DNA of 64,000 nt, taken from assembly GCA_030650425.1 (NCBI GenBank), contig JAUSED010000008.1:196554-260553 (forward strand), given 5' to 3'. Below, piece by piece: positions 16,646-23,648 of this stretch (position 1 is the first letter of the stretch; every line of letters begins with the position of its first letter). The notes beneath the pieces were generated by a model. The model made no database searches, was not told the DNA's origin, and worked only from the letters and a program-made list of their open reading frames with translations. This DNA is from Candidatus Omnitrophota bacterium (GTDB lineage Bacteria; Omnitrophota; Gorgyraeia; Gygaellales; Profunditerraquicolaceae). The position numbers and the translations under genes are program-made.

Positions 16646-17533
16646 ATGAAAAAAACTATGTTTAAGCGAAGTATGATTATTTTATTTCTTTTATGCCTAG
16701 CGGGATTTTTAAGTTTAGCTGGCGCGGTAGACCTTCCCAATATCAATAAATCAAAGATAAGGTTTTCTATCGCTCCGGGAAAGGCTGAATATGGAGAAAT
16801 AATTGTGGAGAACCAGAGCGCTGAGCCGCGGAGCATGCGGGTATATTTGTCGGATTGGGATTATTTACCTCCGGCTGATGGCACCAAAGAATTTTTACCG
16901 ATTAGCTCAACACCTCTATCTTGCGCCGCGTGGATAAGTTTCTCTCCCGCGGAGTTTATTTTGCCCCCATTTAGTAAACAAAAAATAGATTATTCCGTTA
17001 AGGCGCCTGCCGGCGCCTCCGGCGGTTATTATGCCGCGTTATTTTTTGAAAGCATCTTCGCCAAAGCGCAAGCCCCCAAGGAAGGGATGCAGGTGGGGAT
17101 GAATCTGGTGATCAGGATTGCCACTCTTTTTTATGTCGACGTAGAAGGCACGGTTAAGAGGACAGCTTCAATCGATAACTTATTATTTAAGAAAGACGTT
17201 GGAAAGGTTCAGTATTCTATTGGGTTGGATTTTCGTAATACCGGAAATGTCGATATTAGCGCGGGGGGCACATTTCATATAATGGACGATAAGGGTATGG
17301 TCATTGCCAGAGGCGAGTTGAATGATGCCTATACTTTTCCCGCGGCTGGCGCTAAGCTGGCCGCGACACTTAAAGAGGGCCTTCCGAAAGGCAAGTATGA
17401 TTTAGTTTTCACCCTAGATTTAGGCAAAGCGCTTGAAGAAGCAAATATAGGCAGAGGGCCGATTATCACCAAAGAAGCCGAAATATCAATTGGCGAAAAC
17501 GGTAAGATTTTAAATATTGGCCAGTTAAAGTAA
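16646..17533 (+). CDS. Secreted Ig-fold protein, candidate periplasmic pilus chaperone (PapD/CsuC-like)
   Basis: Signal peptide. The N-terminal segment KIRFSIAPGKAEYGEIIVENQSAEPRSMRVYLSDWDY fits the chaperone F1-G1 pattern (R-V-I-Y ... V-x-N ... S-W). Size and position (between two subunit genes) match a chaperone. Similarity is weak. Confidence 0.35.
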   Translation: MKKTMFKRSMIILFLLCLAGFLSLAGAVDLPNINKSKIRFSIAPGKAEYGEIIVENQSAEPRSMRVYLSDWDYLPPADGTKEFLPISSTPLSCAAWISFSPAEFILPPFSKQKIDYSVKAPAGASGGYYAALFFESIFAKAQAPKEGMQVGMNLVIRIATLFYVDVEGTVKRTASIDNLLFKKDVGKVQYSIGLDFRNTGNVDISAGGTFHIMDDKGMVIARGELNDAYTFPAAGAKLAATLKEGLPKGKYDLVFTLDLGKALEEANIGRGPIITKEAEISIGENGKILNIGQLK

Positions 17534-17553
17534 GATGAAAAAGGAGAAAGAAG

Positions 17554-18150
17554 ATGAAGAAAATAATATTTTTAGGAGCAGCGGGTTTGGCGCTGGGGTT
17601 GGCTTCATTGTGTTTTGCTGGCACAAGCATAAGAGTAGCAGCTACCATCGGTGAAACGCATCAGATTAATGTGGTCCTCAATAGAGTCGCAAGCCAGGGC
17701 GCGACCCCGACCCTGGTTAGCGATCTTACAGGCACAGGCATGGATTTTGGCACATTGGTAAAAGGCGCGGATAATAATTTCAGGTCGCCTGTTTATTTCT
17801 TTATAGACGCGCCTGTGGTTTCTAACAAAACAGGCTGGACCATAACTCACACCGCCACTGATTTTGCCAATTCAGCGGGTAATAATTTAAACGCTAACAC
17901 GAATGTGGTATTTGAGAAGGTGGATAACTTAACTAATTCGGAACTCGCGCTTGGGAATAATTACTTTACCAGCTACGCGGCAGCTAAAACAAAATCAGCA
18001 ATTACGCAAGCTGAACTTGCGAACGCCCGCTTAAGAATTTACTACAGTTTAGCCAGCGGCGCCGGAGACGCGGCAGGGGTATCGGTTATCACCGCGGCTC
18101 AGCCGACAGGCAATTATGTGGGGACGGTGACTTTGACTCTTTCTCCGTAA
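17554..18150 (+). CDS. Secreted 198-aa pilin-like subunit, paralog B
   Basis: Signal peptide, C-terminal GNYVGTVTLTLSP; paralog of 15953..16546. Confidence 0.5.
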   Translation: MKKIIFLGAAGLALGLASLCFAGTSIRVAATIGETHQINVVLNRVASQGATPTLVSDLTGTGMDFGTLVKGADNNFRSPVYFFIDAPVVSNKTGWTITHTATDFANSAGNNLNANTNVVFEKVDNLTNSELALGNNYFTSYAAAKTKSAITQAELANARLRIYYSLASGAGDAAGVSVITAAQPTGNYVGTVTLTLSP

Positions 18151-18151
18151 G

Positions 18152-20947
18152 ATGAAAAAGTTTAGCGTCATTTTATTAATTTTGATTTTTTTTTCCTCCT
18201 TCGTTTTGCCTTCCCATAGTTACGCTCTTGTGCCGGAATACCTTTGTGAAACCGGGATTAAGTTTTACCAGCAAGGCAGGTATAGCGAAGCCCTGCAGGA
18301 ATTTAATAAAGCCCTGTTAATCGCGGCTAATTATGAGCCTGCCTTAAAATATATCCATAAGATTCAGGCATTAGAATTCCAAGAGCCGCCGGAAGAGAAA
18401 AGCATTGAAATAAATTTAGAGCCCTCCCGCAAAAACCCTATTCTAGAACGAGAAATCGCCATGGAAAGGGCGCTAAAAGTTATTAGCCGCAAAAATCCTA
18501 TCCTAGAACGGGAAGCCGTAATGGAAAGAGTACTCAGGTTAGAAGAAAAGAAAAGGCGAAAAGCCCTCTTGTCCCAGCCAAAAGTTCTTACCCTTGATGA
18601 ATTATTAGCTAAGCTAACCGGTGCTTTAGAAATTGAGCAGGGTAAGAGTTTAAGCCTGCATAGCTCAGGTATGCGGCGATTTTTGGTCACCCAGCCGGAT
18701 ATTATCAGGGTGGAAAGAAATACCTCTGAGCAAATATTAGTCACGGGTATTAATCTTGGCTATACCTATTTACATGTTTGGGATGCTAACGGACGCCATA
18801 CTTTGGAAATTCTTACGGTTCCTGCTAAGCCAGAAGGAGAATCATTAGAAGATATATCGCGCCGGGAAGAAGAAAAAGCGAGAAATTTTAAACTGACTTA
18901 TTCTATGGATTGGTCCACTTATGCTACCGGCGCAAGATGGGCTGCTTTAAAACGTTCGAATTATTATTACATCCATAATTTAGGGTTGGCCGGAGAGACG
19001 CCATACGGAAACCTTGATTCATCGCTGGCGGTAAACCGCTATAATAGCCTTACGGAGCTTACGCATTATACTTTGGGCTTAACTAACGGTAAATTTGGCG
19101 ATTTTAAGGATTTTACCCTGCGCGCTTTTGATTTTTTTGACATCCCTCCGGATTTTTCTAACCTCGCTTTCCCCGGGATACCCTTAAGGGGGGCTATGCT
19201 TGCTTCTCCGGCATTCAATAATAAGCTTAATTACACTGTGTTTTCCGGTAAAGAAAATTGGTCCGGATTTGCCGGTCTCTCTCCCGCGTTAAACCAGGAA
19301 AGGAAGGCCTATTTAGAAGGATTGAATATCGGCTTTACTCCCACGAAAAAGCAAAATTATAAATTTACCTTAATTCACGGCTGGGGCAAGGATCGAGGCC
19401 CGGCGCTTAAATCTTTAGGCTATGATTTAATGGGTGATTGGCTTTTAGATAAGTGGAAATTGGGGTACGAGTCGGCCAGCGATACAAAAAATTTTGCCAA
19501 TCTTTTAAAAATAGATTATCTCCGGCCAAATTTAAGTTTTAACGCGCAATTAAGGGATATTGATAAGGGTTTTGAGAGCATAACCGGGAGCGGATGGAGC
19601 CAGGGGCAGTTAGGCGGGCTGTTTAATTTTAATTACAGGCCTTGGGAAAAATTAGAAATATATAGCAGTTTGGATCTTTTTAAAGACAGGTTATATCCGG
19701 CTCCGGGAAACAATAATCGTTGGAATGAGGATTTTAACTGGAATAGCGTTTATAGGGTTGACCCCCTAACTTCATTATCTCTAAACTACACTTTGCAGAA
19801 TGAATTAGGCAGGATTTCACAATATCGTTATCAAAGCATAGACGCGGGCATCAACCGGACTTTTAAGTTTTTTAAAGATGTAAATTTATTCCTCAAATAT
19901 TATGATCAGCAGAATACAAATTTTTCTTCCCCTGTTTCTAGTTACAGTAACCAACGCGTCTATGCGGGAGCCAAAATTAATCTTACGCGCGATTTATACT
20001 ATTACGCGAACAAAGAGATTAATTGGTTAACTGAAAGATCTAGCGGTAACAAGACTCAGCCTCAAGCTTTTGAAACAGGGCTGGATTGGAGCGGGCAGAT
20101 TGGTAAATCGCCTTTGTTTGGGGCTTGTCGTTTCACCTACAGGGATGAACAAGATACGACGTCAAATTTAAGTTTTCTTTCGGGTGAGGATTATATCGAA
20201 GGTTATTCTGAATTATCTTATCGGCCGACTACAGATACTCAAGTTTACGGTTCTTGCCGGGTGCGCAATGTTTGGGCGGATAATCCTAATGTGAATAAGC
20301 GCCTGGAAGCAAGTTTTAACGCGGGTATACGTTTTCTTTGGGATACGGGTATAAATTGGCAGGCAGTTGGCGATATTGATGGATATGTGTTTAAGGACCT
20401 GAATTATGATGGGATAATGGAAAGGGATGAGCCTCCGGTAGAGGGAATAAAGGTGCGGTTGGGCAGGAATAGGACTGCCGTGACAGATATCTTTGGTTAT
20501 TATCAATTTAAAAATGTCCGGGGTAATAAAGTTTATGTTAATTTAGACACTGCTACGATACCAAATGGTTTCGTGCTGACTGTTCCGGCAACTCAAGGCG
20601 TCTCTATCAGTCAGTATCAGACCGCGCGGGTGGATTTCGGCATAATCTCCCGTTCTGAAATATTCGGCTATGTCTTTGAAGATTTAGACGGTGATAATCA
20701 GCTTGATAAGAAGGATAAAGGAATCCGCAATGTTGTTATTATATTAGAAGATGGCGCCAAAAGGACTACGGATAGCGGCGGTAAATATTCATTCTCGAGT
20801 GTTTCCTCTGGCGAGCATGAGATAACCTTAGATTTAAATACTCTGCCGGTTTATTATCTGCCCAAGACAGTTTTGACAAAAAAAATCACCCTTTTTGAGG
20901 GTGTAGCCTATAATTATAATATTCCTCTGAAAAGAACTAAAGAATAG
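18152..20947 (+). CDS. Large outer-membrane protein (931 aa): signal peptide, N-terminal TPR, pilus-formation pil_N/BON-like domain, central beta-barrel-like region, two C-terminal Cna-B/SdrD-like beta-sandwich domains. Candidate usher or secretin-like pilus export component.
   Basis: Starts 2 nt after subunit B. The pil_N-like segment is VTQPDIIRVERNTSEQILVTGINLGYTYLHVWDANGRHTLEILTV. The middle has alternating aromatic/polar stretches. The two C-terminal repeats are DIDGYVFKDLNYDG...YYQFKNV and IFGYVFEDLDGDNQLD...KYSFSSV. Confidence 0.45.
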   Translation: MKKFSVILLILIFFSSFVLPSHSYALVPEYLCETGIKFYQQGRYSEALQEFNKALLIAANYEPALKYIHKIQALEFQEPPEEKSIEINLEPSRKNPILEREIAMERALKVISRKNPILEREAVMERVLRLEEKKRRKALLSQPKVLTLDELLAKLTGALEIEQGKSLSLHSSGMRRFLVTQPDIIRVERNTSEQILVTGINLGYTYLHVWDANGRHTLEILTVPAKPEGESLEDISRREEEKARNFKLTYSMDWSTYATGARWAALKRSNYYYIHNLGLAGETPYGNLDSSLAVNRYNSLTELTHYTLGLTNGKFGDFKDFTLRAFDFFDIPPDFSNLAFPGIPLRGAMLASPAFNNKLNYTVFSGKENWSGFAGLSPALNQERKAYLEGLNIGFTPTKKQNYKFTLIHGWGKDRGPALKSLGYDLMGDWLLDKWKLGYESASDTKNFANLLKIDYLRPNLSFNAQLRDIDKGFESITGSGWSQGQLGGLFNFNYRPWEKLEIYSSLDLFKDRLYPAPGNNNRWNEDFNWNSVYRVDPLTSLSLNYTLQNELGRISQYRYQSIDAGINRTFKFFKDVNLFLKYYDQQNTNFSSPVSSYSNQRVYAGAKINLTRDLYYYANKEINWLTERSSGNKTQPQAFETGLDWSGQIGKSPLFGACRFTYRDEQDTTSNLSFLSGEDYIEGYSELSYRPTTDTQVYGSCRVRNVWADNPNVNKRLEASFNAGIRFLWDTGINWQAVGDIDGYVFKDLNYDGIMERDEPPVEGIKVRLGRNRTAVTDIFGYYQFKNVRGNKVYVNLDTATIPNGFVLTVPATQGVSISQYQTARVDFGIISRSEIFGYVFEDLDGDNQLDKKDKGIRNVVIILEDGAKRTTDSGGKYSFSSVSSGEHEITLDLNTLPVYYLPKTVLTKKITLFEGVAYNYNIPLKRTKE
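18425..18544 (+). repeat. Tandem 60-nt direct repeat inside the OMP gene, encoding SRKNPILEREIAMERALKVI / SRKNPILEREAVMERVLRLE
   Basis: cgcaaaaaccctattctagaacgagaaatcgccatggaaag versus cgcaaaaatcctatcctagaacgggaagccgtaatggaaag, 60 nt apart. Confidence 0.8.
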
Positions 20948-20948
20948 C

Positions 20949-21236
20949 TTAGCGGCTATAAAGCGTTTCTAAATCAAGTAAAAGTTTTTCTCCCGCGATA
21001 ACCCTTATTTCTTGGGTGTCTTTCTGGAAGATTGCCGGAGAGTTAGCCTGTTCTTTTGTGTTTGTAACCCTAGGCTCCTGAAGAATAGGCATATTTTTTC
21101 CGGGTATAGCAGGGATAATGCAGGATATTCTTACGGAATAACTATTGTCAGCTGCCATTACCGGATATAATAATGCCAAGGTGAATACCGCGGATATAAT
21201 CAGCCTAAGCGTTATTTTTGTAAGTTTCAGCTCCAT
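20949..21236 (-). CDS. Small secreted protein (95 aa), the only minus-strand gene in the window
   Basis: ATG at 21236 with a GGAG RBS on the minus strand; signal peptide LRLIISAVFTLALLYPVMAA. Convergent with the OMP gene. Confidence 0.35.
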   Translation of the reverse strand: MELKLTKITLRLIISAVFTLALLYPVMAADNSYSVRISCIIPAIPGKNMPILQEPRVTNTKEQANSPAIFQKDTQEIRVIAGEKLLLDLETLYSR

Positions 21237-21263
21237 TTTATCCCCCACTCCTTAAATCCCTCA

Positions 21264-21296
21264 ATAAAAAAGCCCTAAGGCAAACCCTTAGGGCTT
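21264..21296 (-). terminator. Minus-strand intrinsic terminator hairpin (agccctaagggtttgccttagggct followed by TTTTTTATT on the minus strand). It lies upstream of the minus-strand gene start, so it may be a leader or attenuator element.
   Basis: 10-bp perfect stem. The T-run is on the minus strand only. Confidence 0.4.
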
Positions 21297-21544
21297 ATAG
21301 AACAAAAAACCTTGAGGCAGGCTCAAGGTCTAAGATCACCCTTTGGCAGCCAGGCTGTCCTTATCTTTTAAGGATCCTTAGCTTTGCGTCCTACCCTTAC
21401 GGATAGTTTGCCTTTATCAGTAGCTTAAATACTCAAATTGTCAAATGCGCGATTTTACCTTATTCCTATAGTAAATATAACATATTTTTGGCGAATTTAC
21501 CAATTTTTTCCCCAATCACTTCCAAGACAAAATTTTCCCGCTCC

Positions 21545-21615
21545 GGTACCGTAAAATCTTACGATTATACTTAGGTACAATTGATTTAATTTCTGTCACT
21601 CCTATAATAAAATTG
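21545..21615 (+). promoter_or_regulatory. Copy 2 of the conserved promoter/operator element (gtaaaatcttacGATTATACtTAGGTACAATTGATTtaatttctgtcactccTATAAT)
   Basis: TTGATT 21581-21586, 16-nt spacer, TATAAT 21603-21608; about 65 nt conserved with copy 4 and partially with copies 1 and 3. Confidence 0.55.
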
Positions 21616-21682
21616 TGAAGCTAGAAGGGTTCCGTAAAAAACTGGCCGGCCGGATCCAGCCCGCGGGCGAAGGGAGTGAATC

Positions 21683-22678
21683 ATGACCATTCTTATTGTG
21701 GACGATAACGAGCCAAATCTCTGTCTACTCCAGGTTCTCCTGAATGGAAACGGGCATCAGGTTGTCAGTGCCGCCAATGGCGCCGAGGCGTTAGCCAAGG
21801 CGCGGCAGAATCCGCCGGATATTGTCGTCAGCGACATCCTGATGCCGGTGATGGACGGGTTCGCCTTGTGTCGTGAATGGAAGAAGGACGAACGCCTGCG
21901 GCAAATCCCGTTTGTTTTCTACACCGCGACCTACACCGATGAGCGCGATCGAGAGTTCGCGCTCAGTCTTGGCGCGGAGCAATTTCTCGTCAAACCGGTG
22001 GAGCCGAAGGCCTTCATGCGAACGATTCTGGAAGTCATCCAGCAAGTCCAGCGTCCGTCCGCAGCGCCGACCCGCGTGCCGATCGAAGCGCCGCGGCAAG
22101 AGGAAATCGGCTATCTGAAACAATACAACGAGGTACTTATCCGTAAGCTAGAAGCGAAGATGGAGCAGTTGGAGCAGGTCAACCGCGAACTGGAACGCGA
22201 CATCACCGAGCGCAAGAAGACGGAAGCGGAATTGAAAAAGTCTGAACAGGAATTGCGCGAAGATAAATTGCTTTTGGAACAGAAGAACTTAGCCCTGGCG
22301 GAATTATTAGAGCATATGGAAAGGGCTAAGAATAAGACAAAAGAAGATATAGCGATAAATGTGGAAGAATTCATAACGCCGATTTTAAAGAAACTAAAAA
22401 TAAAAGGCGCCTCACCTAAATATATTAAACTGCTCGAGCATCATTTGAAGGAATTAATCTCGTCTTTCGGCCGTAAGATAACACAAAGAAGCACGAGGTT
22501 ATCATCTCGAGAAATTGAAATTTGTGACATGATAAAAGGCGGCCTTTCCAGCAAAGAAATTTCTGAACTTTTAAATGTATCCTACCAGACAATAGACAAG
22601 CACCGCAGAAATATCAGAAAAAAGCTAGCCATAGCTAAGAAAAAAGTTAATTTAACCTCTTTTCTGCAAAAACTCTAA
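21683..22678 (+). CDS. Response regulator: CheY-like receiver, coiled-coil linker, C-terminal LuxR/GerE-type HTH. Chimeric composition, with the 5' ~570 nt GC-rich and the 3' part AT-rich.
   Basis: ILIVDDNEPN...VVSDILMPVMDG receiver; LSSREIEICDMIKGGLSSKEISELLNVSYQTIDKHRRNIRKKL HTH. A sharp GC shift occurs near nt 22250. Confidence 0.7.
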   Translation: MTILIVDDNEPNLCLLQVLLNGNGHQVVSAANGAEALAKARQNPPDIVVSDILMPVMDGFALCREWKKDERLRQIPFVFYTATYTDERDREFALSLGAEQFLVKPVEPKAFMRTILEVIQQVQRPSAAPTRVPIEAPRQEEIGYLKQYNEVLIRKLEAKMEQLEQVNRELERDITERKKTEAELKKSEQELREDKLLLEQKNLALAELLEHMERAKNKTKEDIAINVEEFITPILKKLKIKGASPKYIKLLEHHLKELISSFGRKITQRSTRLSSREIEICDMIKGGLSSKEISELLNVSYQTIDKHRRNIRKKLAIAKKKVNLTSFLQKL

Positions 22679-22717
22679 TCCGCAAAAATTTAAGCGCTGT
22701 ACCCCCCCCATAATGTG

Positions 22718-22740
22718 ATTGGGTATATTATATACCCAAT
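22718..22740. promoter_or_regulatory. Perfect 11-1-11 palindrome ATTGGGTATAT-t-ATATACCCAAT upstream of the second FixJ-like regulator gene; candidate dimeric HTH operator
   Basis: Seen directly in the sequence, 105 nt upstream of the ATG at 22845. Confidence 0.45.
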
Positions 22741-22844
22741 ATCTACCCATTAAACCCACGTTGCAAAAAATCCTTATATAAGATACTTTAGATATCGCGA
22801 ATAAAGAACAGTACTCTTACCTTTATACTCATAAGGACGCTTAA

Positions 22845-23471
22845 ATGAACAACCGCAGGTCTATTATCTATATCGTTGATGACGATGTCTCTGTGTGCAG
22901 GGCTCTATCTTTATTGTTAAAATCACACGGGTTTAAGGTTGAGACGTTTACGCTCGCGGCAGACTTCCTGGCATTTAAGCGCCTTAAATTGCCATCGTGC
23001 TTGATCTTGGACATCCAGCTGCCGGATATCAATGGGCTTGTCCTTCAGGAAACAATGGCCGCACGACAACTTACGATTCCCATTGTTTTTATCACCGGAC
23101 ATGGCGATATCCCAATGAGCGTTAAAGGCATGAAGGCAGGGGCTATTGATTTTCTTCCTAAACCCTTTACTAAGAATAAACTACTTGATGCCGTAACCTT
23201 GGCCATCTCAAAAAACAAAATCCAAATTAAAGAACAAGCCGAAATAGCAAAAATTAAGCGCCGCATCAAGACCTTGTCTCCGCGAGAACTAGAAGTTTTT
23301 CGACTCGTAGCCAAAGGGATGCTGAGTAAGCAGATTGCTCGAAAGCGGGGAATTTCTCTCCAGACGATAAAGATTCACCGTAGCCGGGCGATGCGGAAGA
23401 TGCAGGCTAAAACCGTGACTGAGTTCATCCGCTTTGCCCAAAAAGCAGGTGTTACTTCCCCCCAGCGTTAA
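22845..23471 (+). CDS. FixJ/NarL-family response regulator, paralog of 13716..14342
   Basis: IYIVDDDVSVCRALSLLLK ... LSPRELEVFRLVAKGMLSKQIARKRGISLQTIKIHR; 208 aa. Confidence 0.85.
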   Translation: MNNRRSIIYIVDDDVSVCRALSLLLKSHGFKVETFTLAADFLAFKRLKLPSCLILDIQLPDINGLVLQETMAARQLTIPIVFITGHGDIPMSVKGMKAGAIDFLPKPFTKNKLLDAVTLAISKNKIQIKEQAEIAKIKRRIKTLSPRELEVFRLVAKGMLSKQIARKRGISLQTIKIHRSRAMRKMQAKTVTEFIRFAQKAGVTSPQR

Positions 23472-23504
23472 GTAAACTTTAATACTTCAAAGATACAATT
23501 TTCC

Positions 23505-23570
23505 TGCGAGGCAATAGTAAAATCCTACGATAATACCTAAGTATAATTGATTATATTTTTATTTTTTGTA
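23505..23570 (+). promoter_or_regulatory. Copy 3 (degenerate) of the conserved element (gtaaaatcctacGATAATACCTAAGTATAATTGATTatattttt) upstream of the autotransporter gene
   Basis: Shares the gtaaaatcYtacGAT(t/a)ATAC block and TTGATT with copy 2. The -10 is less clear. Confidence 0.4.
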
Positions 23571-23648
23571 AAGTACCTCTAGTTATAAGAAAATGAAAAT
23601 ATTACCAATTTCAGTTATTGAGCGCAAACTCAAAAAGGGGGTAATGCT

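Noticed and set aside
21791-22123. Overlapping ORFs on both strands (21791..22123 minus, 21873..22118 plus) inside the regulator gene
   Set aside because: They arise only because the region is GC-rich and so poor in stop codons. They have no RBS, overlap a well-supported receiver-domain CDS and have no recognisable motifs.
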